Below, piece after piece: positions 1 through 8,989 of a stretch of 64,000 nucleotides of DNA (positions are counted from its first letter, which is position 1; each line of letters starts with the position of its first letter). This stretch comes from Bdellovibrionota bacterium (GTDB taxonomy: Bacteria; Bdellovibrionota_C; UBA2361; OMII01), in NCBI GenBank assembly GCA_044345405.1, contig JBIJBE010000003.1:64001-128000 (forward strand), in the 5' to 3' direction. The notes under the pieces were generated by a model. It had not been told where the DNA came from. It made no database searches and saw only the letters and a list, made by a program, of their open reading frames with translations. Both the position numbers and the translations under genes were made by a program.

Positions 1-651
1 AATTCATCCAAATCGCGCGCCGAGTATTTTGAGCGTCTTCAGAAGCTCGGACTCTGCGCGGACCCGAACGAGATCGTGATGTCGACGGATACCGTTACGA
101 CGTACTTGAAGCAACATGGGTTCGCGAGCGCGTACATCATGGGCACTCCAGCTATGCGAGAGATGTGCGCTGAGGCGGGAGTTGTTCATGAGGAGAATCC
201 AGCCAAGGTCGCGGTAGCGGTCATTGGATTCGACCGCACCTCAACGGCGGAAAAACTCACAACAGTGGCTCGTCTCGTCGCGAAGGGAGTCCCGTACATC
301 GTCGCGCATCCGGATCCATTCTGTCCGAGCGATGAGGGTCCGATCGTCGATTGTGGCGCGTACTACGCGTGCATCAAGACCACAACGGGAGTTGAGGCGA
401 AGGCTGTTCTCGGAAAGCCAAGCGCCTCAATGATAGCGGAAGTCGAGAAGCGCTTCTCGTTCGATCGCTCTGACATGGTGGTTCTCGGCGATCGTCTTTA
501 CACGGATGTCGCGTTGGGTCGAGAGGCCGGCGTTGACTCTGTGCTTGTGTTATCAGGTGAGAACACCCTTGAGCACGCCGCTGTGAGTAATGAGAAGCCC
601 ACCTGGATTCTCAACTCAGTGGCTGATCTTCGATTCAAGATAGCGAAGTAA
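1..651 (+). CDS. HAD-IIA (NagD-like) phosphatase, 5'-truncated by window edge
   Basis: Frame open from base 1 (NSSKSRAEY...); motifs GKPS, GDRLYTD, VLVLSGE typical of HAD-IIA. Confidence 0.9.
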   Translation, partial: NSSKSRAEYFERLQKLGLCADPNEIVMSTDTVTTYLKQHGFASAYIMGTPAMREMCAEAGVVHEENPAKVAVAVIGFDRTSTAEKLTTVARLVAKGVPYIVAHPDPFCPSDEGPIVDCGAYYACIKTTTGVEAKAVLGKPSASMIAEVEKRFSFDRSDMVVLGDRLYTDVALGREAGVDSVLVLSGENTLEHAAVSNEKPTWILNSVADLRFKIAK

Positions 652-691
652 ACACAGTACGCTGCCTGATTTAGTAGTAAGGAGAAAAGGC

Positions 692-2635
692 ATGGACGCG
701 CATTCAGCAGTTATACGTGAAACTCGTAAAGAGGTGGATCCTCAATCGCAAGCTTGTGGGGTTCGTCTCCCAGGCCAGGCGAATCGAGAGGCGTACCTCC
801 GCTCCTTAGCGGCTGGAACGGTGCCCCCAATGGTGGTGATGAGCGGGTTGCCAGGGGCTGGAAAGACCACGGCCCTTCAATTCCTCCAACAGGAGGGTTC
901 GGCCACCTACACACCGGTGACTCGGTATATGCCGCGAGATCGTCGTCCGAGTGATACCGCGGGCGATAAGCCGTGGAGCTTCGATAAAAACGCCGCGCCG
1001 GGTGAGGACCCAACGGCTCCAGGATCGGTCATTTTCTCGAACGTAAAGTACAAGGGGTACTACGGATTTCCGGGGCGTGACATCGTGAACGCGATCGACA
1101 AGGGAGAGATCCCTGTGATGCTCGTGACAAGCTACGTCGAAATGGTTCAGCTCTCAGAGGCGTTGCACAACCTCGTTCCGGCAGCGCCGCTCGTGAGCCT
1201 ACGTCTTGAGGTTCCTCAAGAGGTTCTTCCCGGACGTATTCTGCGAAGGGTAGGAGCGGACGCGACAGAGCACCAAGAGCGAATCGAGCGCCTCGACGGC
1301 TTAGTGAAGGCCGATCGCCTTCAAACTCCGCTCTTGAACAAGGTCCACGATACGCGAGTTATCTGGAACTTGAAGCCAAGCGAGATAGCGGAGCACGGTT
1401 ATTTTGGCTCTCAAATAAAAGCTCTCACACCGGACGCTCTCGCCGCTATGCTTGTAGAGGCTAAAGTTGACGCGGTTGCTCGAGCGCAGCGAGAGGCTCA
1501 AGACATCCTCACACCGAGGCCGTTAACGTACGATAGCGCGGTCGTTCCAGCTTCTATCACGGATGTATTGGATAGGGTGCTTCTGCCAGCAGCCGCGGCG
1601 CGATTAGCTGATGGGGCGTTGGGGCAGGGTGAGAGTCCGCTTGTCCTTAAGGCGGGTTTGGCCGCAGCCATCTATTTGGGAGACAAGGGACGAGTGGTTT
1701 CTCCTGACATCGATTTCGTTCTTCCGGAAAATCCGAGAGCGAAGATGCAAATGGAGGTCCTGATGGAGTCCTTGTCCGATCAGCCCGTGGAATGGGTTGA
1801 TGGCAAGAACAAGGCCGTCTACCACTGCGAGGGAATTAAGGGCGAGGCGAAGGCGAACGATGGTACGAACGTTGAGCTTGACGCGTTGCTCAGCACTCGG
1901 GTTCAGCCTGATCCGAAGGGATTCGTGTTCGCCTGTACGCATGACGCTCACGACCTCTTCTACCGAAGAATGGTTACGACCCCGGCCGGAAACTCGGTGG
2001 CGATGATCCCGCCAGAGCAGCTCTGTGTCGAGAAATTAATCGCTGGTCGAGGGCCGGATATTAATAAGTTTGACCTGTTTGACGCGAGCGGACTCCTCGC
2101 CACCTTTCACCTCAATCCGAACCTCGTGAAAAAGATGATCGAGTCGCAACGTTTTGACGAGGCTCTCGATGAGGACGCCGCGCGCGTAATCTCGACGGCG
2201 AAGCGACAGCTATCTGACGAGGCGCTTACGCAGCTCGGAATCACGGAGCCGGAGGTGCAAGCTGTGGTGAGATCTCTTGGGGAGTTGGTCGACGATGAGT
2301 GGGCCGAGTATCCATCCGAAACTCGCGTTTTGACGAAGTCTGCTCTGAAGCAGTTCGCGTTCTTGAGCGCCGTAGAACGCTCTCTCAAGAAAGTAGAGGC
2401 GATCATGAACGACAGGGTTTTCTCCATCGCCGGAGAGAAGGTGTCGATCGGTGAGCGCTTTGGAGAGGATAACGTCCGAGCTGGGATCGCCCGGTTGCGA
2501 GCGCACGTACGGCTGCACAGTGAGTTTTACGCCGGGACGCGTGATACCTTCGTGAGACGGGCTCTCGGAAAACAGGAAGACGAGACCCGATTCTTCCAGC
2601 ATCTCGATAGTCAGCGTCAGCGTCTCTCTCGCTAG
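692..2635 (+). CDS. Fusion: guanylate-kinase/PhnN-like P-loop kinase + AbiEii-like nucleotidyltransferase
   Basis: AAGGAG RBS; N-term SGLPGAGKTT, TRYMPRDRRPSD, YKGYYG; C-term LVLKAGLAAAIY...SPDIDF and EKLIAGRG...DLFD. Confidence 0.7.
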   Translation: MDAHSAVIRETRKEVDPQSQACGVRLPGQANREAYLRSLAAGTVPPMVVMSGLPGAGKTTALQFLQQEGSATYTPVTRYMPRDRRPSDTAGDKPWSFDKNAAPGEDPTAPGSVIFSNVKYKGYYGFPGRDIVNAIDKGEIPVMLVTSYVEMVQLSEALHNLVPAAPLVSLRLEVPQEVLPGRILRRVGADATEHQERIERLDGLVKADRLQTPLLNKVHDTRVIWNLKPSEIAEHGYFGSQIKALTPDALAAMLVEAKVDAVARAQREAQDILTPRPLTYDSAVVPASITDVLDRVLLPAAAARLADGALGQGESPLVLKAGLAAAIYLGDKGRVVSPDIDFVLPENPRAKMQMEVLMESLSDQPVEWVDGKNKAVYHCEGIKGEAKANDGTNVELDALLSTRVQPDPKGFVFACTHDAHDLFYRRMVTTPAGNSVAMIPPEQLCVEKLIAGRGPDINKFDLFDASGLLATFHLNPNLVKKMIESQRFDEALDEDAARVISTAKRQLSDEALTQLGITEPEVQAVVRSLGELVDDEWAEYPSETRVLTKSALKQFAFLSAVERSLKKVEAIMNDRVFSIAGEKVSIGERFGEDNVRAGIARLRAHVRLHSEFYAGTRDTFVRRALGKQEDETRFFQHLDSQRQRLSR

Positions 2636-2734
2636 GCGAGCCTCGCTGAAGCCCATAGAGGCTTTATAGGGAGATATGGGATACTCACGTGAGTCCCGTT
2701 CTCCTTGTAAGGTGGCTGGGGCTATCGGTAAGGT

Positions 2735-3532
2735 TTAGTGAGAGAACGTCGCGGGATCTCCACCTCGTACATCAACAGATACCTTTTCTCCCTCTACAGT
2801 TACTATCGTGTAACTCTTACTCGGCGTGCCGGTATTCGACACGTCCTCTACGCATGATTGAAGGGTGAAGTACGGGATGCCGTTGTGGGTCCACATATTG
2901 TTTCGATGGAGGTGGCCGTTGAAAACCGCGATTACCTTGCCGCTCGCCTCAAGAACTGCTCGAACCTCGGCGCGATTCTCCACGAACGCTTTGTGCGGAG
3001 TTCCCTCAAACCAAAAGCACCCGGTAAGGTCTTGATCGCTGATGGGATGGTGCATGAACACAAGGGTTTTGCGCTTTGTGCTCGCGAGGTCCGCCGCAAG
3101 CCACTCAATCTGATCAGCTTCAATGATCATACGAGAATGGTTGAAGTGTCGGGTGTACAGAAACACACAGTGGTAGTCGCCCACATCAAAGGAGTAGTGG
3201 AGCTTCTCACGGTGTAACAGCGCGCAGAGGTCCTCATACGTTAAGTTCTCTCGGTCGTGGTTGCCGACGGTGTGATGAACGGGAGCCTTGAATTTCCCGA
3301 AGTAAAAGAGAGCTCTCTTAAAATTTTCCCGGTCAAATTCTACGCTGGGATACCTGAGATCGTCCTGACTGATGTCTCCGAGTTGCGCGATGAACTCTAC
3401 GTCGTTTTGGTTATTGAGGGTCTCCACGAGTTCGGTGATAACGCGCTCAGATTCGAAACTCATGATACGATTGTTGCCCCGATAGAATGGGGTCGGGCCG
3501 ATGTGACTATCTGTGATGATCGCGAATTTCAT
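2735..3532 (-). CDS. Calcineurin-like metallophosphoesterase
   Basis: Motifs DSH, LGDI, GNHD, HHP, GHLH. Confidence 0.9.
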   Translation of the reverse strand: MKFAIITDSHIGPTPFYRGNNRIMSFESERVITELVETLNNQNDVEFIAQLGDISQDDLRYPSVEFDRENFKRALFYFGKFKAPVHHTVGNHDRENLTYEDLCALLHREKLHYSFDVGDYHCVFLYTRHFNHSRMIIEADQIEWLAADLASTKRKTLVFMHHPISDQDLTGCFWFEGTPHKAFVENRAEVRAVLEASGKVIAVFNGHLHRNNMWTHNGIPYFTLQSCVEDVSNTGTPSKSYTIVTVEGEKVSVDVRGGDPATFSH

Positions 3533-3687
3533 GAATTCTCTCCTAGAGGGGTGTCGCCGGCGAGTCTAATCAATACCGTTGCCTCTCGCAATAAAGGCCG
3601 GCCGGCGTCTGAATACACGGACATGGTCTTCGACGAGCGATGAGAAGAAAGTGCTCTGGGTGCCGGCATATCGGGCACAATTTCCCG

Positions 3688-4671
3688 CTATGACACGAGC
3701 CGTTGTGGATAGCTGATTCGTTTAAGAGTTTCGAATTGTTGAATAATTTTGACCGAGTCGATGGCGGGGCCAAAGGTGTCGTAGAGAGACTGGCAGAAGG
3801 TGTCCAACTCTCGACTGTTCTCCGTCTCAAAGCGTAGTTCGAAGTCCCAGTTTCCGGTACACGAGATCGCCGCCACAACGTTCGGACAGAGGGCTATCAT
3901 TTTATAGAGAAGCTTTTTTTGATCCGGACTCATTCCTCGGTCCACGAGGAGAAGACGGTAGGTTTGCACGCCGATCTTGTCGGTTCGAAGTACGTATATT
4001 TTGCCCCGAATAATTCGCTGTTCGGTGAGTTTGTCTATTCGGTATTGAATGGAGCTCGCGCTCATAGCCATGGCGCGAGCTATCCCTTGGAGAGACGTGT
4101 CAGGATTGCCGCTCAAAAATTCGAGGATTCTCCCATCTGTATCGTCTAAGGCTCGTACGGGAGTTTTCGATGTAAGGTGAATACTCTCTCTCTTGTGAGA
4201 GGATGGCGAGAGATAGAGAGGATTAAAAACACTCCAATCGATCGCAATTCGAACCGTTTTCTCGAAATGGGCGCCGGCCTCCGCCGGTCTCAGGAGTGTA
4301 AATAACTCATCGACTTCATGTATCTGTTGAGCCCACAACCACAGCATATACCGGTAGCCGCCACCCATTCGGTTTAATCCCATGACGCGGGAATGGGTCA
4401 TAACCGTTTTTTCTAAACGCTTTTGGCCAGCGGAGCTCTCGGCTCCTCGATTAAAAAAAGTGGTAACGTCGAGGTATCCGAGAGCGAAGTGATCGATATG
4501 ATAGATGGGAGTGATTATGCCACGACGAAGAAGCGAGTCTCTCGCGTGTCGGGTGGCGTGCTGACTCAGACCGGATCTTCGAGCCAGCTCCTTCACAGAG
4601 TCGTCCGCGTTCAATACATTCGCGGCAAGGAAAATCCTTTCTTTGTCCGATAATCTGCTATGACTCTGCAT
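3688..4671 (-). CDS. Tandem (double) Lrp/AsnC-type transcriptional regulator
   Basis: Two HTH+RAM-like halves (LSDKERIFLAA...VKELARRSG; LDDTDGRILEFL...LQGIARAMAMS; CTGNWDFEL). ATG 4671 preferred over GTG 4764. Confidence 0.75.
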   Translation of the reverse strand: MQSHSRLSDKERIFLAANVLNADDSVKELARRSGLSQHATRHARDSLLRRGIITPIYHIDHFALGYLDVTTFFNRGAESSAGQKRLEKTVMTHSRVMGLNRMGGGYRYMLWLWAQQIHEVDELFTLLRPAEAGAHFEKTVRIAIDWSVFNPLYLSPSSHKRESIHLTSKTPVRALDDTDGRILEFLSGNPDTSLQGIARAMAMSASSIQYRIDKLTEQRIIRGKIYVLRTDKIGVQTYRLLLVDRGMSPDQKKLLYKMIALCPNVVAAISCTGNWDFELRFETENSRELDTFCQSLYDTFGPAIDSVKIIQQFETLKRISYPQRLVS

Positions 4672-5012
4672 CCGGTAGGATATAGCAGGAAGTGAGGGTG
4701 TGAGGCGAGTGGAATCATACTCCGCACGGTCTGATGGGAATGTTCCGAAATCATGTAATGTCACCTGTGCGTTACGTGTAGAGCGAGGGGGCGCGCGGTG
4801 TCTGAGATAAAGCGGGCGTCCACGGCGGTCTGGTATCGCGGTATCTCCTTCGAGTGGAAGACGGGCGATAACGGGCGATGCTCTAACTAAATTCTAGTCA
4901 TTCCTGGCCAACTAAGTGTTTGCGCGTCTCGTGGGGTGTCGTATTTTCTTGCCCACGCTGTCCTTCGGACGCTGATGAATCGATGTTCACAGGTAGAATA
5001 CAAGAGGAGTCC

Positions 5013-6215
5013 ATGGATAGAGTAGATCGTACGCAGTCGTGTCGGTACGGTGAGATTGTTGATCTGGAGCGTGCTACCCTACCGGGAGCGTTTCGCCCGG
5101 CGATAAAGGGGCTCTCCGTTTCTGTCGAGCAGTTGCCCCACTATGTTGAGGAATCGCTAGCAATTGTAGGCTCGCGCTCAAGGAAAGACATCGAGATATT
5201 CCGAAATCTTCTGACAATCAAAGTGCCTGTGGAGTCCCTTCTTCAAGAGGTCGCCGCTAGCTCTGATGTTTCTATTTCAGAAATACCCGCCGCGTTGTGT
5301 CGGATCTGCAACGCGTGGGTTGAGGTCGCGCCCCAGCATGATGTCGCCGCCCGAATGCCCATCTCTTACGTGGTGGGAAGGCTCGTTGACCTTTGGGTGT
5401 CTCATCGTGACGCGAATCTGTCAGATGACGAGCGTCGCACCATTCCGTCAAATGAGGCAACACGGGAGGGCTTTGTGAAGAACGACCTTACCGCTAAAGC
5501 TCTCTTTGACGCGATAAGTCGGTTAAGCGCTCCAGCTATGCTTGCCGCTGGCTCCATCGCGCAGCGAAGAGTAGAGCGAATCGGACGGGTAACGATGATA
5601 GGTCAGGACCCGTTTAAGGTTTTCTTCGATACACTTTTTGTCTTTGATCCAGAAAAGGCGAACGTCAACAAGTCGACATCAGAACAGTTTATTCCCTATC
5701 TGTGGTCTCGTCTCGAGGCCCGTTGGTTGGGGTCCGATCGAAAGAGGTGTGAGGATAAGGCTGTTCGATCCGTCAGGGGACGTGAAGGAGAGCTTACCGA
5801 CATGGCCTCGATGCTGGAGGACAAAGGGGCACGCGACTTTACGGCATCCGTAGATCGTCGGGATGAGTTCGAGTGGACACGCGCCGCGCTTGAAAACGCG
5901 TTGGTAGATGGCGCTTTACGCCGCGGTGATTATGAAGCTATCCTTCAGTATTTTGGTCTAGGCGGTGCCCAAACAGGGCATGGAGCGCTGAAAAGTTCCG
6001 CTCTCTCCATAAAGACGAAGGCTCAACGGGGAATCGATCATTTTAAGCGCTACCTCAAGGCCCAAGAGGCCGAGCGTGATGATATCGAATGCCTGTCTTC
6101 ACAACCGGGTGATTGTGAGACCTTTGCTCGTTATCCAAAACTCTCTGGAGCTGGTTCTCATCCTAGGCTCATGAGGCGAGCGGAGCAGCGGGCGCAACGT
6201 CCAACTGTTTGGTAG
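5013..6215 (+). CDS. Hypothetical protein with degenerate sigma70 region-2/region-4-like segments (full-length allele)
   Basis: GAGGAG RBS before ATG 5013; FDPEK...FIPYLWSRLEARW and DYEAILQYFGL...KTKAQRGIDHFKRYL. Confidence 0.55.
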   Translation: MDRVDRTQSCRYGEIVDLERATLPGAFRPAIKGLSVSVEQLPHYVEESLAIVGSRSRKDIEIFRNLLTIKVPVESLLQEVAASSDVSISEIPAALCRICNAWVEVAPQHDVAARMPISYVVGRLVDLWVSHRDANLSDDERRTIPSNEATREGFVKNDLTAKALFDAISRLSAPAMLAAGSIAQRRVERIGRVTMIGQDPFKVFFDTLFVFDPEKANVNKSTSEQFIPYLWSRLEARWLGSDRKRCEDKAVRSVRGREGELTDMASMLEDKGARDFTASVDRRDEFEWTRAALENALVDGALRRGDYEAILQYFGLGGAQTGHGALKSSALSIKTKAQRGIDHFKRYLKAQEAERDDIECLSSQPGDCETFARYPKLSGAGSHPRLMRRAEQRAQRPTVW

Positions 6216-6648
6216 TAGTGAGAGTTAAGCCGGGCAACCCAAGCACCTGGATGTCACGTGAAGTGGAGCAACGGCTTTACCGTACAACACAAAGCCTCAC
6301 CGTTGTCTTTGAGTTTTCAGTGTCCTTTGTGGTCCCGTCACTTGTATTCATGGGCCATCTAAGTCCACATGGACACCAGAAGCGGCTTATGCGGACTATC
6401 AGTCCCGCTCAAAAAGCATCTGCTGTCGCTTCGGCTTGATCTGCACCGGCATTCCCGCGGGATAATTTCCAGAGAAGCAAGCGTCGCAATATTTACCATG
6501 GGTTGACTCAACGGCGCGGTAGAGCCCCTCGGTTGAGAGGTAGGCGAGGGAGTCAACACCTATGTACTCCGCGATCTCCTCAATGGTGTGCTTGGAGGCG
6601 ATAAGCTCGTGCTTATCGGGGGTATCGATACCGTAGTAGCACGGGTTC
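5388..6648. repeat. Segmental duplication, copy 1 (pairs with 8038-9239)
   Basis: 5388-5552 near-identical to 8038-8202 (3 mismatches seen); 6399-6648 near-identical to 8990-9239; middle diverged. Confidence 0.92.
6399..6648 (-). pseudogene. purF: purF 3' fragment (last ~83 codons), cut at the repeat array
   Basis: NPCYYGIDTP...QQMLFERD matches the intact PurF C-terminus with 2 aa changes; ~11 nt mismatches by eye. Confidence 0.93.
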
Positions 6649-6649
6649 T

Positions 6650-6814
6650 TCGTCACTGGTGCCAGGCTCTTTTTAAGCGTTTCGTCACTGGTTCGTCACT
6701 GGTGCCAGGCTCTTTCTGGTTCGTCACTGGTGCCAGGCTCTTTTTAAGCTGCTCGTCACTGGTGCCAGGCTCTTTTTAAGCGTTTTCGTCACTGGTGCCA
6801 GGCTCTTTTTAAGC
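6650..6814 (+). repeat. Array of 5 full + 1 partial copies of TCGTCACTGGTGCCAGGCTC(TTTTTAAGC)
   Basis: Full copies at 6650, 6693, 6721, 6753, 6786; partial at 6682; only very short variable linkers. Confidence 0.95.
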
Positions 6815-6846
6815 AACTCTCTGCCCCGTTCCCCGATTACACCTGC

Positions 6847-7821
6847 ATGCGTAATCCAAGATTTCTCGTTCCCGGAAAGATACACTTCATCACCTTTCGA
6901 ACTGAGGAGGGGCTTCCGTTTGTCCCTCTGCGATTCATGAATATTCTTATTCGGTCCGCCCTCGCCAGAGCCCAAAAGCTCTACCCTGTTAAAATCATCT
7001 GCTTTGTTGTTCAGGCTAACCACGTACACCTTCTCGTACGGGTGACAAACCCTCAGGATGTTTCGAGCTTTATCGGGTACTTCAAAGCGGAGAGTGCTCA
7101 CTACCTCAACCGTCTCCTCAACCGACGACAACGAACTGTTTGGGCTCCACGTTTCGACAGTCCTGCCGTGTTGGACATAGACAAAGCTCTTGAACTATTC
7201 GCCTACTGCTCCCTAAATCCCGTAAAAGACGGACTAGTTGCGTCAATGCGGGAGTATCCTGGGCTTAGCTCATACCCGTATCTCCTGAGAGGAGAACAGG
7301 TAATCCCTGCGAAATCGATCCCAAGAGATAAAGTTCGCCCATTAGCGGATCCAACTAATCCCCAACGAGAGAACAAGAGCCTGTCTGAATATTTCAGCTC
7401 CGATGATTTCCAAGACCTTTCTATTACACTCGCCCCGGAAGAGCTTCGACTAGCATTTCCATCAACCAAGGCCTCTACCGCGGAGGAGTTTCATAAAACG
7501 CTTCTACAAACCATCTCCAAGTACGAGCAGATTTATCTCGCTGACCAGGCTGGAGCAGCGCCACTCGGAGTCCCCAAGCTTCTCGCGATCTCCCTCCTTG
7601 CTCAACGGAATCCTCCCATCAAAGGTAGGAAAATGATCTGTCTCTCTTGTTGCAACGACCTTCGCCAGGCGTTCATATCATCATTCAGGCACATAAAAGC
7701 GCTGTGCCGGGAAGCCTTCATGAAGTGGAGCGCCGGACTCATGGTGCCTTATCCGCCCGGGATGTTCGCTCCCCATCCCCCTAGGATCGCGAATTTCATT
7801 CCTCAGACTAACTTCTCATAA
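6847..7821 (+). CDS. Y1 HUH tyrosine transposase (IS200/IS605 superfamily, RAYT-like) with C-terminal extension
   Basis: HFITFRT, NHVH (HUH), VWAPRF, YCSLNPVKDGLV (catalytic Tyr), YPGLSSY. Confidence 0.9.
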   Translation: MRNPRFLVPGKIHFITFRTEEGLPFVPLRFMNILIRSALARAQKLYPVKIICFVVQANHVHLLVRVTNPQDVSSFIGYFKAESAHYLNRLLNRRQRTVWAPRFDSPAVLDIDKALELFAYCSLNPVKDGLVASMREYPGLSSYPYLLRGEQVIPAKSIPRDKVRPLADPTNPQRENKSLSEYFSSDDFQDLSITLAPEELRLAFPSTKASTAEEFHKTLLQTISKYEQIYLADQAGAAPLGVPKLLAISLLAQRNPPIKGRKMICLSCCNDLRQAFISSFRHIKALCREAFMKWSAGLMVPYPPGMFAPHPPRIANFIPQTNFS

Positions 7822-8037
7822 GACTCTGACTTCACAGTTAACAGCGCACGCGACCCCGTTGTTCCGCTAACTCATAGTGAACAAGAGATCACGTGGCTCC
7901 TTCTGGCCAAGAGCCAAAGTTATAGACAAAGAATGCGTGGACCGCAGCTCTAGAGCTGCAGCCTTATGGGGGCAAAAAACAAGCGCCTGACCGCATGGTA
8001 AAGCAAGGAAAGCAAGGAGCCTGGCACCAGTGACAAC

Positions 8038-8868
8038 GACCTTTGGGTGTCTCATCGTGACGCTAATCTGTCAGACGACGAGCGTCGCACCATTCCGTCA
8101 AATGAGGCAACACGGGAGGGCTTTGTGAAGAACGACCTTACCGCTAAAGCTCTCTTTGACGCGATAAGCCGGTTAAGCGCTCCAGCTATGCTTGCCGCTG
8201 GCGCTCTCGCGCAGCGAAAAGTTGAACGGCTCGGTCGGGTCGCGATGATGGATCAGGACCCGTTCAAGGTTTTCTTCGATACCCTATTTGTCTTTGATCC
8301 TGAAAAAGCGAACATAAACAAATCGACCTCGGAGCAGTTCATCCCCTACCTATGGGCTCGACTGGAGGCTCGTTGGTTAGAGTCAGATAAGCGCCGCTGT
8401 GAGGCTACGGCTGTTCGCACCGCGAAAAGTGACAAATATGAGTCAATCGATATAGTTTCAATTGTAGAGGATAAAAAGGCTCGGGACTTTACGGCTTCTG
8501 TAGACCGTTGTGATGAGTACGAGTGGACCCGCGCGGCTCTTGATCGCGCGCTGACCGCGGGAGCTATTCGCCGCCGTGATTACGAAGCGGTCCTTCAGTA
8601 CTGTGGTCTAGGGGGGGGCGAACCAGAGCAAACGGATGTCCGAAGTCCAACTATCTCCACAAAGATGAGGGCGCAACGGGGAATCGAGCATTTTAGGCGG
8701 TATCTTCGTACGCAGGAGGTAGAGCGTGAACAACCCGAAGATGCGTCCTCACACCGGGGCACTCATCAGAGGATCGCTCCTGAGCGCCGAGGCCCAAGCA
8801 ATTTTCCGCCGAATGCGCCCCTGAGCGGTGGTGAGCGGCGGGCGGACCGTGGGCGCCTCTGGCGCTAG
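8038..8868 (+). pseudogene. 5'-truncated second allele of the sigma-like gene
   Basis: Starts mid-gene right after the element end; in-frame TAA at 7999, no RBS; collinear with the C-terminal two-thirds of 5013-6215. Confidence 0.85.
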
Positions 8869-8989
8869 CGGTCGTTATGTAAGGAGCTGGCAGAGCCGGT
8901 TCAAGAAGTAGGCTGCAGGGGTGCTCAGCACGTTACGGTCAACTCCTTTCCTCGACCTTATGTTCTTCGCGATTTCGGCAGCGGCGGCC

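Larger units (their letters stand above)
6650..8034 (+). mobile_element. Y1/RAYT-like element bounded by inverted 18-20-bp end motifs
   Basis: Left: stacked TCGTCACTGGTGCCAGGCTC; right: exact inverse GAGCCTGGCACCAGTGAC at 8017-8034; HUH transposase inside. Confidence 0.75.

Noticed and set aside
6399-6656. Independent 85-aa protein MTKNPCYY...
   Set aside because: Start codon comes from the repeat; it is a purF fragment.
6650-6814. Mini-CRISPR beside the transposase
   Set aside because: Linkers are only a few low-complexity bases; the inverted copy at 8017 points to element ends.
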